A stretch of DNA of 32,000 bases from Phycisphaera mikurensis NBRC 102666 (GTDB lineage: Bacteria; Planctomycetota; Phycisphaerae; Phycisphaerales; Phycisphaeraceae), in assembly GCF_000284115.1 (NCBI RefSeq), contig NC_017080.1, forward strand, positions 2,670,001 to 2,702,000. The letters run 5' to 3'. The notes beneath the pieces are model-generated. The model was not told where the DNA came from, did no database searches, and worked only from the letters and a program-made list of their open reading frames with translations. This document shows, piece after piece, positions 9,033-18,144 of the stretch; the stretch's first letter is position 1; every line of letters starts with the position of its first letter. The translations under genes and the position numbers were made by a program.

Positions 9033-9671
9033 ATGTCGAACACGCCCACCCGCAAGAAGCAACCCGCCGTCGACGGCCGGCGACCCCTCGGCGGCCTCGC
9101 GGTCTTCACCACCGGGGAGGCGGCGACGGCCACGGGGCTTTCGCAGCAGACGATCATCCGCAACTTCGACGCCGGGCGGCTGCAGGGGTACCGGGTCCCC
9201 GGCAGCCGCTTCCGCCGGATCCCGCGGGACAGCCTGCTCGCCTTCCTCAAGGACAACGGGATCCCGCTGGACCGCCTGCGGGAGGGCAGCCGCCACCGGC
9301 TGCTCGTGGTCGACGACGACCCCGGCGTGCTGGCGTTGCTCGACGAGGTGCTGCGCCTCGACGGGCGGTTCGAGGTCCGAACGGCCACCTGCGGCTACGA
9401 CGCCGGGATGGAGAGCGTCGGTTTCCGGCCCGAGCTGATCCTGCTCGACTACATGCTGCCGGACATCAACGGCGACCGCGTGTGCCGGTCGGTGAAGGAA
9501 ACCCCCGAGCTCTCCGACACCCGCGTGCTCATCATCTCGGGTGCCGCCACCGACGAGGAGGTCGAGCGGCTGATGGCCGCTGGCGCCGACGGGTTCCTCC
9601 AGAAGCCCTTCGAGCTGACAACACTGATCGCTCGCATCGAGGCGCTGCTGGATCTGCCCGCCGCGGTGTGA
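9033..9671 (+). CDS. Response regulator with an N-terminal excisionase/MerR-type HTH (HTH_17-like) and a C-terminal receiver domain
   Basis: The HTH region is FTTGEAATATGLSQQTIIRNFDAGRLQGYRVPGSRFRRIPRDSLLAFL. Receiver motifs are LLVVDDDP, LILLDYMLPDINGD, VLIISG and LQKPF. The stop lies 4 nt before the kinase ATG. Confidence 0.85.
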   Translation: MSNTPTRKKQPAVDGRRPLGGLAVFTTGEAATATGLSQQTIIRNFDAGRLQGYRVPGSRFRRIPRDSLLAFLKDNGIPLDRLREGSRHRLLVVDDDPGVLALLDEVLRLDGRFEVRTATCGYDAGMESVGFRPELILLDYMLPDINGDRVCRSVKETPELSDTRVLIISGAATDEEVERLMAAGADGFLQKPFELTTLIARIEALLDLPAAV

Positions 9672-9675
9672 CGCG

Positions 9676-11955
9676 ATGAGCCACGAGCCGCACCAGCCCG
9701 CCCCTTCCGCCGCCTCCCGCGCCGATCCGGGGGAGAAGGCCCGGCGGGTGGAGCTGCTGCTCCGGCGGTTGTCCTCGCTCCCGACGCTCCCGGCGGTGGC
9801 CACCCGGCTGCTGGAGATCAGCGCCGACGAGGCCTCCGAGCACGGCGAGGTGGTGCGGCTGATCGAGTCCGACCCCGCGATGTCGACGGCGATCCTGCAG
9901 CTGCTCGCCAAGCTCGATCGGACGTCGCAGTCCCGGCCGGCGAGCATCGAGCGGGCGGTGCTGTCCCTGGGCTTCCGGGCCGTCCGCGACGCGGCGCTGG
10001 CGGTGGGCGTCGTCAGCACGCTCGTCCCCGCGGCGTCACCCTCCGGCGGGACCGGGTTGGAGCTGCGCGGCTTCTGGACGCACTCGATCGCGACCGCGGC
10101 GGCGGCGGAGCGGCTCGCCGCGGCCCACCCCGGCGGAGGGGTCCTCGCCCGCGATGCCTTCCTCCCCGGGCTGCTCCACGACATCGGCAAGCTCGCGTTG
10201 CAGGTCGCCCTGCCCGAGGCGTACGTGCGGGTGGTCGAGGCGGCCCGCCGCCACGGGCTCGCGATGGCCGACGCCGAGCTGCGGGTGCTGGGCATCGACC
10301 ACCAGACCGCCGGACGCCGGCTCGCCACGCTGTGGGGCCTGCCGCCGGTGCTCGTCGACGTGATCTGGTTGCACGGCACCTCGCCGCTGGCGATGCCCGA
10401 CCTGCCGCACGCCAACCTCGTCCACCTGGTCACCGCCGCGGACCGGATCGTCCGGACGGTCCACCTCGGCGACTCGGGAAGCCACGACGTGCCCGCCGAC
10501 CCGGCGGCGACGCTCGAGGCGATCGGCTTCCCCCCCGCCGGGACTGAGCAGGCGCTCCGCGGCCTGCCCACGGAGGTGCAGGAGCGGCTCGACGCGATGG
10601 GCCTGGGGGAGGCCCAGCCAAACGACCCGATGCGGGGCTACGCCGAGGCGATCCGCAACGCCCACGGCGAGCTGCTCAACACCAACCGGCGCCTGCGGGA
10701 GGCCGCGGCCGAGGCGGCGCAGCACGGCGCCTCCGTGAGGAGCCTCGAGGCCTTCTTCCAGGCTGCCGCCTCGGCCCGCGGGGCCGAGGCCACGGCGGCC
10801 GCGGTCGCGGTGTCCGCGATGGGGAGCATGGGCGCCGATCGCTGCCTGCTCGCCGCCCCCAGCCCCGACGCCACGCTGCTCGGCGGCGGCGGGGAGCCGG
10901 AGGGCTGGACGGTGGTGGGGACCGGCGGCACGCCGACGCGTGCGATCGAGCCCGCCGAGCTCGGCCTTGCCTGGCCGCCCACCGCCGGCGAGCTCGCGGA
11001 AGCCCTCGACGACGCGGAGATCGCGTCGATGCGCCCGGTCCTGCTGAGGGAGCCCCCGGCCGCCGGCGACCGCCCCGACGACGTCGCCCCGCTGGCCATG
11101 CTGCTGCTCGGCGGGGAGACCGCGGGCGTCGTGCCCGCGGTGCTGACCGCGGCCTGGCGTGCGGCGCTGGCCGCCGCGGCGGGGCGGGAGCGTGCCGATC
11201 ACGCGAACGAGCGGCTGGCCGTGGCGAACCGCCGGCTCGACGCGGCGCAGTCGGCGATGGCCGGCCGCGAGGCCGACGCCCGGCTCCGGGAGATCGCGGC
11301 GGGGGCGGCGCACGAGATGAACAACCCGCTGGCCGTCGTCTCGGGCCGCACCGAGCAGCTCACCCTCATGCTCGATGGGGAGGCGCTGCCGCTGGCCCGC
11401 GCCGCCCACCAGGCCTCGCGCCGGCTCGGCGACCTCGTATCGGCGCTGGGGCTGTTCTCCCGCCCGCCCGCGGCCCGCCGCCGCGCCACCGACGTGGCCC
11501 GCCTCGCCGCCGACGTGGTCGAATCCGTCCGCGCCTCCAAGCCGCTCCGCCGCGAGCAGATGGAGCCTCTGGAGATCGACCTGCTCGCCGGAGCCGGCCT
11601 GGGGTCGGTCGAGATCGATCCCGACATGCTCCGCCGCTCGCTCGACGAGCTGATCACCAACGCCGTCCGCTCCCGGCCGCGGAGCTTCATCACCGTCAAG
11701 CTTGGGCTCGAAGCCGCCGCCGGCGACGCGCCGGCCGCCCTCCTCGTCGAGATGATCGACGACGGCGCGGGCATGGATGACCGGACGCTGCGGCACGCCA
11801 CCGACCCCTTCTTCAGCCGGCACGAGGCCGGCCGCAGCGCCGGCTTGGGCCTCTCCCGCGTCACGGTCTGGGCCGCCGCCCACAGCGGCGAGGTCCGCCT
11901 CCGCCCGCACCCCGGCGGCGGCACGGTCGCCACGCTGCGCCTTGCGCTGCCCTGA
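9676..11955 (+). CDS. Sensor histidine kinase with an N-terminal HDOD domain (759 aa)
   Basis: The HDOD-like N-terminus reads LPTLPAVATRLLEI...LLHDIGKLAL...GIDHQTAG. The H-box is AAHEMNNPLAVVSG and the N-box is ELITNAVRS. G-boxes are DDGAGMD and GLGLS. Confidence 0.85.
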   Translation: MSHEPHQPAPSAASRADPGEKARRVELLLRRLSSLPTLPAVATRLLEISADEASEHGEVVRLIESDPAMSTAILQLLAKLDRTSQSRPASIERAVLSLGFRAVRDAALAVGVVSTLVPAASPSGGTGLELRGFWTHSIATAAAAERLAAAHPGGGVLARDAFLPGLLHDIGKLALQVALPEAYVRVVEAARRHGLAMADAELRVLGIDHQTAGRRLATLWGLPPVLVDVIWLHGTSPLAMPDLPHANLVHLVTAADRIVRTVHLGDSGSHDVPADPAATLEAIGFPPAGTEQALRGLPTEVQERLDAMGLGEAQPNDPMRGYAEAIRNAHGELLNTNRRLREAAAEAAQHGASVRSLEAFFQAAASARGAEATAAAVAVSAMGSMGADRCLLAAPSPDATLLGGGGEPEGWTVVGTGGTPTRAIEPAELGLAWPPTAGELAEALDDAEIASMRPVLLREPPAAGDRPDDVAPLAMLLLGGETAGVVPAVLTAAWRAALAAAAGRERADHANERLAVANRRLDAAQSAMAGREADARLREIAAGAAHEMNNPLAVVSGRTEQLTLMLDGEALPLARAAHQASRRLGDLVSALGLFSRPPAARRRATDVARLAADVVESVRASKPLRREQMEPLEIDLLAGAGLGSVEIDPDMLRRSLDELITNAVRSRPRSFITVKLGLEAAAGDAPAALLVEMIDDGAGMDDRTLRHATDPFFSRHEAGRSAGLGLSRVTVWAAAHSGEVRLRPHPGGGTVATLRLALP

Positions 11956-11993
11956 GCGGCGTCGACGCTCCGCGGGCGCCAAACGCCGCCGGC

Positions 11994-13520
11994 TCAGCGG
12001 GCCGGCGCGGCGGCGGCGCGACGTTGGTAATCCTCCGCCGCCTCCGGGCGGCCCGTCTCCCGCAGCCGCCGGGCGTATGCCGCCAGGTCGACCGGACGGC
12101 CGTACACGTCGGTCCGCCCGTGGTACGGCCCGCCCTCGGAGAGCACGGTGTACATCGGGTCGACGACGTCCGGGCCGTCCCGCACCACCGCCGCCATCGC
12201 GTCGTCGTGCCAATCCAGCAGCCGGGCTGCGCCCTCCCGCACGACGCCGGGTCGGCTCGCCGCCAGGTCGTTCTGCTCGTGCGGGTCGGCCGCGAGGTCG
12301 AAGAGCATGTGCTTGGGGAACGGCTGCAGACCGTCGTCGTAGGTCCGCATGTAGAGCCAGCGGTGCGCGCCGTCGTCCCAGCGTGCGGACCGCTGGCACA
12401 CGTGCGCGCACTGCGACACCACCAGGGTGTCGCGGCCGGCGGCGGTCCCGTCCCGCAGCGTCGCGGCGTAGCTCTCGCCGTCCCACACGCCCGGCGCCTC
12501 CGGCCCCTCCACGCCCGCGTCCGCCAGCAGCTCCAGGCACGTCGGCGCCCAGTCCAGGTGGTAGTGCAACGCATCGTCGCGGACGCCCTCCGCCGCCCCC
12601 GGCCACCGCACGATCATCGGGATGTGGCACGTCCCGCGGTCGGCGGTCGCGTGCTCGCCGTAGATCCCCAGGTCGCCCTGGTTCTCGCCGTGATCGGCCG
12701 AGACGATGACCGCCGTGGACTCCCAGACGCCGGCCTCCTTGAGCCGGTCGAACAGCCGCCCGAGCGCGTCGTCGACGTAGCGGATCGCCACGTCGTAGCC
12801 GTCGATCCACCTCGTGAGGCTCGCTCGATCGGTGATGCGAAGCGGCAGCCGCGGGTACCGGTCGACGTCCGCGTCGTGGTACATGCTGAGGTCCTGCGAA
12901 GAGTGAGGCCCGCCCCGTCTCGCGTGCTCGGCGATCAACCCGTCCGTGTACCAGTCGGCGATCGGCTCGCCCTCGAAGGGGTTGCCGTAGCTCAGCGGCG
13001 TTCGGTAGTTGGTGTGGATGTCCCAGAAGTTCAGGTGCAGGTACCAGCGGTCCTTCGCCGCGTTCGCGTCGAGCCAGCGGTCCAGGACCGGCTCCACCAC
13101 CTCCACCGGCTCGCTCCCGCCCTCGCCGGTGTTGTGGATCTCGTGGAAGCCGGCGTAGTACTGGTGCGCCGCGTGGCGCTGCCCGAAGGGCGAAATCATC
13201 GCCGTGTGGAAGCCACGCTTCTGAAGCTGCCGCGGGAAGCTGTCCTCCTCGTAGGTCGAGCGGAAGCCCCGCCCCGCCCCCTCCCGTTTGGGATCCGCCG
13301 CCAACCCGCCGTGCCCGACCACGCCGGTGTGGATCCCGAAGCGGCCCTGGTACAGCGCCGTGCGCGACGGCAGGCACGGCGCATCGGAGCAGTAGACCTG
13401 GTCGAAACGGACGCCGGCCGCGGCCACCGCGTCGATGTTGGGCGACGTGTTCCGGTGGTAGCCGTAGCAGCCCAGGTGCAGCGGGTTGAGGGCGTCGAGG
13501 TCGAGGTAGAGGATGTTCAA
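11994..13520 (-). CDS. Sulfatase-family hydrolase (formylglycine type) with no recognisable signal peptide and a TTG start
   Basis: The N-terminus is NILYLDLDALNPLHLGCYG. The sulfatase signature CLPSRTALYQGR matches C-x-P-S-R-x-x-x-L/x-x-G-R. The protein is 508 aa. Confidence 0.85.
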   Translation of the reverse strand: MNILYLDLDALNPLHLGCYGYHRNTSPNIDAVAAAGVRFDQVYCSDAPCLPSRTALYQGRFGIHTGVVGHGGLAADPKREGAGRGFRSTYEEDSFPRQLQKRGFHTAMISPFGQRHAAHQYYAGFHEIHNTGEGGSEPVEVVEPVLDRWLDANAAKDRWYLHLNFWDIHTNYRTPLSYGNPFEGEPIADWYTDGLIAEHARRGGPHSSQDLSMYHDADVDRYPRLPLRITDRASLTRWIDGYDVAIRYVDDALGRLFDRLKEAGVWESTAVIVSADHGENQGDLGIYGEHATADRGTCHIPMIVRWPGAAEGVRDDALHYHLDWAPTCLELLADAGVEGPEAPGVWDGESYAATLRDGTAAGRDTLVVSQCAHVCQRSARWDDGAHRWLYMRTYDDGLQPFPKHMLFDLAADPHEQNDLAASRPGVVREGAARLLDWHDDAMAAVVRDGPDVVDPMYTVLSEGGPYHGRTDVYGRPVDLAAYARRLRETGRPEAAEDYQRRAAAAPAR

Positions 13521-13536
13521 GAGCGAGCCGGCACGA

Positions 13537-13580
13537 GAGACGGATGACGGGGAGACGGATGACGGGGAGACGGCGGATCG
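13537..13580. repeat. 15-bp tandem repeat (GAGACGGATGACGGG x2 plus a degenerate third copy) in the sulfatase/isomerase divergent intergenic region
   Basis: Read directly: 13537-13551 and 13552-13566 are identical. The third copy (13567-13580) carries an insertion. Confidence 0.7.
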
Positions 13581-13907
13581 TACAGAACGCGGGGGCGGGC
13601 TCCGCCAGCAAAGCCCGCGTTCCGAAGCGTATTCGGCAGGACGCGGGCGGATCGGCTCGGCTGGCGAAGCCCCCGGCGTCGCCGCCGGTCCGCGCCGGGA
13701 GCGGGCCGTCGGCGGCGCTTCGGCGGTGGCGGCGGGCTCGGCGGGGGTTGCCCCGAGGCGGCCCGCGGCACGGGATGATCACGATCCGACCGCTCGCGAG
13801 AACACGCCGCCGCCGGTTCGGGCGCACAATGGCCGCTCCGCAATCGCCACCCGCCCCGCGGGGCCGCCGGCGGTCGCCACCGCTCCCGCCGAGAACCTCC
13901 CTCACCC

Positions 13908-14789
13908 ATGCGTTACGTCCGACTCGCCGGCTCCTCAGACCAAGCCCCGCCGCCCCGCCCGGCGCGCTTCTTCAACATGGGCACCTTCGACGGCCTGCCC
14001 GACACCTCTTCGGCGCCCCGCGGGAGCGAGCCGGAGCGGCTGGCGGCGCTGCGGGAAGCGGGCTTCGAGGGCGTGCAGGGCGCCGATGCGGACGCGGCCC
14101 GCGACGCGGGCCTGCACAGCGCTGCGTCCGGCCGGCTCGACACCCCCGCCGAGGCGCGCGACGCCGTGCGGCGTTGGAAGGACCAGGGGCACGTGGCGGT
14201 GACGCTGCACGCGGGGCGGGGGCTCGAGAGCGACGCCGAGGCGGACGCGCTGGCCGGTGCGGCCGCCGATGCGGAAGCCGAAGCCGGGTTGCCCGTCTAC
14301 GTGGAGACCCACCGCGCCACGATCACGCAGGACACCTGGCGGACGCTCCAACTCCTCGGCCGGGAGCCGCGGCTGGGCCTCAACGCGGACCTCTCGCACT
14401 GGTACACGGGGCTGGAGATGCCTTACGCCGGCGTGGAGAGGGTCGCGGACTTCCTCGCCCCCACCTTCGAACGCGTGGGCTTCCTGCACGGCCGCATCGG
14501 CAGCAGCGGCAGCATGCAGGTGGACGCGGGGAACGACCTCGCCCACGCGCTCACGCTGGAGCACGTGCGGCACTTCGTGCTGCTGTGGACGCGTGCGGCG
14601 GCGGCGTTCCGCGCGAACGCGGAGCCGGGCGACGTGCTGCCCTTCGCCCCGGAGCTGCTGGGCAGTCAGCACCACTACGCCCGCGTCTTCCCCGCGGGCG
14701 ACGGGCAGCTCCGCGAGGAGACGGACCGCTGGCAGCAGGCGCTGCTGCTCTGCGAGCTCTTCGAGCACGCCTTCGAGGCGGCCGGCTGA
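13908..14789 (+). CDS. Probable sugar-phosphate isomerase/epimerase (xylose-isomerase-like TIM barrel); alternative start at ATG 13977
   Basis: Segments LREAGFEGVQ, VTLHAG, VYVETHRATITQD, LGLNADLSHW and FLHGRIG follow the AP-endonuclease-2/xylose-isomerase-like barrel pattern of metal-ligand E/D/H residues at strand ends. This rests on pattern recognition only. Confidence 0.5.
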   Translation: MRYVRLAGSSDQAPPPRPARFFNMGTFDGLPDTSSAPRGSEPERLAALREAGFEGVQGADADAARDAGLHSAASGRLDTPAEARDAVRRWKDQGHVAVTLHAGRGLESDAEADALAGAAADAEAEAGLPVYVETHRATITQDTWRTLQLLGREPRLGLNADLSHWYTGLEMPYAGVERVADFLAPTFERVGFLHGRIGSSGSMQVDAGNDLAHALTLEHVRHFVLLWTRAAAAFRANAEPGDVLPFAPELLGSQHHYARVFPAGDGQLREETDRWQQALLLCELFEHAFEAAG

Positions 14790-14901
14790 AGCGCCGGAGC
14801 CGCCCGCGGGCTCCGCGAACCGCGTCGCGTCCGCGCAGGCGCCACGACCCGGCCTCGCCCACGAGCCCCGGCGACGGAGCGCGCTCGGTTCGGTGCAGGG
14901 A

Positions 14902-16305
14902 ATGCCGACGCCGGTGCGGCGTCGCCGGTTCACGCTGCGCAGCGGGCCGGCGGCTTCAGCCGCGGCGGTTTCAGCCCGAAGAGGTGGGCAACGCCACCCG
15001 CCCGGGCCTCCGCACCGGACCCGCCAGAGAAAGCCGACCTTGAGCCCAGCCGCACCCGAGCCCGCACCCCAAGCCACGCCCGGCTACGCCGCACCGCCCC
15101 GGGCGGCGGCGGCGCGGAAGCGTCGGCCGCTCCGCGTGCTGCTCGCCGGCGAGGCGGCCGGGCTCGCCGGCGTCCTCGAGGCGCTGCGCGTGCGGGGCCG
15201 GGGGGTCGAGGTGGTGCGTTCGGAAGACGACGCAGCGACCCGGGAGGCGCTCGCCGAGACGGCGCCGGGGCGGCGGGCCGACCTGGCGGTGCTCGACGCG
15301 ACCACGCGGAGCTCCGGCGGGGCCGCGCTCGCCGCGGAGTTCGCGGGCCGCCGGTGCCGCCGCGTCGTGCTCCTCGCCAATTCCTTCGACGCCGCCGAAG
15401 CCGCCCGGCTCGGCTTGCTGGACCTGATCGACCCGGCGTTGCCGCCCGCCGCCGCCTCCGCCCGGCTCGCCGGGGCGCTGGACCGGGTCGCCGCCGACGC
15501 CGCCGCCCGCGCGCTGCGGAGCCGGGAGCGACGCCGCAGCCGCCGTCTGCTCGACCGCTGCTCGGCGCTGGAGGCCCGGTGCGCGGCCGTGGAGGCCGAC
15601 CGGAAGGTCATCGCCGACCAGGTGGAAACGCTCTGCAGCGACCTGGTCGGGGCGTACCAGGAGCTGGCGGATCGCATCGACGCGAAGATGTCGGCCGCCG
15701 TCGGCTCCGACGCCGACGCCGACGCCGCGGCGGCCGCGCCGCCCGCTGCGAGGGACCTGCGCGACACGCTCGGCGATCACCTTGGCCTCGAGCCGGTGAT
15801 CCGGTCGACGCTGGAGCACCTCGTGTCCGCGGCGGGCGGCACCAACGCCGCCATCTTCCTGCCGGCGTCGATGGACGAGTTCTCGCTGGGCGGCTACGTG
15901 AACCACACCTGCAACGACGAATCCGCGGGGATGCTGCTCGAGCACCTCGCCGACGTCGTCGCACCGAAGCTCTCCTGCGCCGCCGCTCCGGTCCATCTCA
16001 CCGACAACGACCAGCTCGCCGCCTGGTTCGGGCAGGACGCCGCGTGGCTCGACGACAGCGAGTTCATCGGGGTGCCCTGCTCGCTGAACCCCGCGGACGC
16101 CGGGGGGGGCGCGGCGGAGGAAGACGCCGAGTGTCTCGCCGTGGTTGTGCTCTTCCGCGACGGCGACCAGCCGTTCGGGGCCGCCGCGTTGGAGGCCTGC
16201 GAGTCGCTGGGTCCGGTCCTCGCGGCGGCCCTCCACCGGGTGATCCGGGTGCACCACCGCAGCGGGCTCGCGACGCCGGACGACCTCGACGCCCGCGAGG
16301 ATTGA
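14902..16305 (+). CDS. Regulatory protein: degenerate receiver-like domain, then coiled coil, then a GAF-like domain (start uncertain)
   Basis: The upstream part of ORF 14257-16305 overlaps the previous gene, so I took the first ATG after it (14902). The receiver-like region is RVLLAGEAAG...DLAVLDAT...VVLLANS and lacks the acidic DD pair. The coiled coil is RCSALEARCAAVEADRKVIADQVETLCSDLVGAYQELADRI. The GAF-like C-terminus includes TNAAIFLPASMDEFSLGGYV...LAVVVLFRDGDQPFG. Confidence 0.55.
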   Translation: MPTPVRRRRFTLRSGPAASAAAVSARRGGQRHPPGPPHRTRQRKPTLSPAAPEPAPQATPGYAAPPRAAAARKRRPLRVLLAGEAAGLAGVLEALRVRGRGVEVVRSEDDAATREALAETAPGRRADLAVLDATTRSSGGAALAAEFAGRRCRRVVLLANSFDAAEAARLGLLDLIDPALPPAAASARLAGALDRVAADAAARALRSRERRRSRRLLDRCSALEARCAAVEADRKVIADQVETLCSDLVGAYQELADRIDAKMSAAVGSDADADAAAAAPPAARDLRDTLGDHLGLEPVIRSTLEHLVSAAGGTNAAIFLPASMDEFSLGGYVNHTCNDESAGMLLEHLADVVAPKLSCAAAPVHLTDNDQLAAWFGQDAAWLDDSEFIGVPCSLNPADAGGGAAEEDAECLAVVVLFRDGDQPFGAAALEACESLGPVLAAALHRVIRVHHRSGLATPDDLDARED

Positions 16306-16475
16306 GGCGCGACCCGCGAGCTCCGGCAGCCGACGGGCCCCGGAAGCCAGAGAGCGGGAGCGGCGTCCGACGAGGCGAGGCGTGCGGCGGCGGGTCCCGA
16401 GGACGCGGAGCGCACCGACCTCCGGCGCCGCGGACCGCGTGGGGTTTTCGGTCCGCGGGCCGGCGGTCCGCGGAT

Positions 16476-18011
16476 TCAGCCGGCGAGGGCGTGGACGGGC
16501 GGCGCGAAGAGCCTGACCGGCTGCGCCGCGCCCGCCCCGCCGCCCGCCCCGCCGCTCATCTCCGGGACCGCCGCCCGCAGCGCCGCGCCCGCCTCGGCCG
16601 CGGACACGCCGCGCCAGGGCGGGGCCGCGAGGCCGGCGCGGCGACGCAGCGCGTCCAGCCGCGACGTCGCCCGCTGGGCCGAAGCGGGAACCGCCGCGGT
16701 ACGCCAGACGCGGATGCCGGGGTGGGCGGTGGGGATGACCTCGTCGGCGTTGTGCGCGAGCTCCTCGAAGAGCTTCTCTCCCGGGCGGGCGCCGGTGAAG
16801 CGGATGGCGACGTCGACGCCGGGCTCCACCCCCCGCTGCCGCAGGAAGCGGTGGGCGAGGTCCACGATCCGCACCGGCTCGCCCATGTCCAGGAGAAAGG
16901 TTTCGCCCCCGCGGCGTCCGCCGGCCGGACCGGAGGCGCCCGACAGCGCCGCGGCGGTCAGCACCAGCCCCGCGGCCTCGGGGATCGTCATGAAGTAGCG
17001 GAGCATCCGCTTGTCGGTCACCTCCAGCGGGCCGCCGCGGCGCAGCTGGTCCTCCCAGATCGGCAGCACCGAGCAGGCCGAACCCAGCACGTTGCCGAAG
17101 CGGACGGTGCACATCCGCGTGCGGCTGGTCGCGTCGCGGCCGAGCACGTCGCGCTCCGCCAGCCGCTTGCTCGCCCCCATGACCGAGGTCGGGTTGACCG
17201 CCTTGTCCGTCGAGATCATGACGAAGCGGTCGGCCCCGCAGGCGTCGGCCGCGGCCGCGACGCTGCGCGTGCCGTACAGGTTGTTCTCGATCGCCTCGGC
17301 GGGGTGGCCCTCCATCATCCCCACGTGCTTGTGGGCCGCCGCGTGGACGACCAGGTCCGGCCGGAGCCGCTGGAGCAGGTCGTGGGTCCGCTCGGCCTGC
17401 GTCACGTCGTGCAGCACCGCGGCCAGCGGCAACCCCGGGAAGCGGCGGACCAGCTCGCGCTCGACCTCGAAGAGGGCGTTCTCGGAACGCTCCACCGCGT
17501 GCAGGACGGACGGCCGCCACGCGGCGATCACCCGGCAGAGCTCGGCCCCGATCGACCCGCCCGCCCCGGTGACCAGCACGCGGCGGCCGCGCAGCAGCGG
17601 CCCGAGCAGCGCCTCGTCGAGCGGGCGCGGCGCCCGGTCGGTGAGCGCCGCCAGGTCCAGCTCGCCCGCCCCGGGGCGGTCGGCCGCGTCGGCGAGCTGC
17701 TCGCGGAGCGGGCGGACGCCGACCCACGGCAACCCGGCCGCCGCCAGCGCTTCCCCCACCCGCGCCGCGCGGCCGCCGAGCGAGGCCGGCAGGCAGAGGA
17801 TCGCCCGGGTGGCGCCCGCGCGGCGGGCCACTCCGACCGGATCGCCCGCCCCGGCACCGGCCACGCAACACTCCGCCACGGGGACCGGGCCGGCGGGATC
17901 GGCCTCCATCGCCGCGCGCAGCGGCGGCAGCGTCGAGGCGAGCCCCACCAGCAGCACTCGCTCACGCGGCGCCGGTCCGGCGGCGGATCCGCGTTGCGTC
18001 GGTGCGTTCAT
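16476..18011 (-). CDS. CapD/WbpM/PglF-like polysaccharide biosynthesis protein (nucleotide-sugar 4,6-dehydratase family; no N-terminal TM segments)
   Basis: The Rossmann motif is RVLVTGAGGSIGAELCR. Other family segments are ISTDKAVNPTSVMGASKRLAE and VRFGNVLGSACSVLPIWEDQLRRGGPLEVTDKRMLRYFMTIPEAAGLVL. Confidence 0.85.
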   Translation of the reverse strand: MNAPTQRGSAAGPAPRERVLLVGLASTLPPLRAAMEADPAGPVPVAECCVAGAGAGDPVGVARRAGATRAILCLPASLGGRAARVGEALAAAGLPWVGVRPLREQLADAADRPGAGELDLAALTDRAPRPLDEALLGPLLRGRRVLVTGAGGSIGAELCRVIAAWRPSVLHAVERSENALFEVERELVRRFPGLPLAAVLHDVTQAERTHDLLQRLRPDLVVHAAAHKHVGMMEGHPAEAIENNLYGTRSVAAAADACGADRFVMISTDKAVNPTSVMGASKRLAERDVLGRDATSRTRMCTVRFGNVLGSACSVLPIWEDQLRRGGPLEVTDKRMLRYFMTIPEAAGLVLTAAALSGASGPAGGRRGGETFLLDMGEPVRIVDLAHRFLRQRGVEPGVDVAIRFTGARPGEKLFEELAHNADEVIPTAHPGIRVWRTAAVPASAQRATSRLDALRRRAGLAAPPWRGVSAAEAGAALRAAVPEMSGGAGGGAGAAQPVRLFAPPVHALAG

Positions 18012-18144
18012 CGCCGGGTTATCGGCTTGCTCCCGCCGCGGCGGCCAGTCCGGCGGCGTTCCGCATCCCCCGCCCCCACCGCCGCTTCAGCCGCCGGGGC
18101 ATCCCGTCGATGCACGTGCGAGCCCGCTCTCTCCGAGGTCCGCC

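Noticed and set aside
10036-13905. 1289-aa minus-strand ORF spanning the kinase and the sulfatase region
   Set aside because: It overlaps the well-supported kinase in antisense and the sulfatase in a different frame. Composition is dominated by R/G/A/P and it has no recognisable domain. I treat it as a GC artefact.
14971-17871. 966-aa minus-strand ORF, together with the 1088-aa plus-strand ORF 15354-18620
   Set aside because: They overlap the GAF-protein, CapD and PilZ genes in other frames. Their sequences are arginine-rich and repetitive with no motifs. The CapD frame (16476-18011) carries the real Rossmann and dehydratase motifs.
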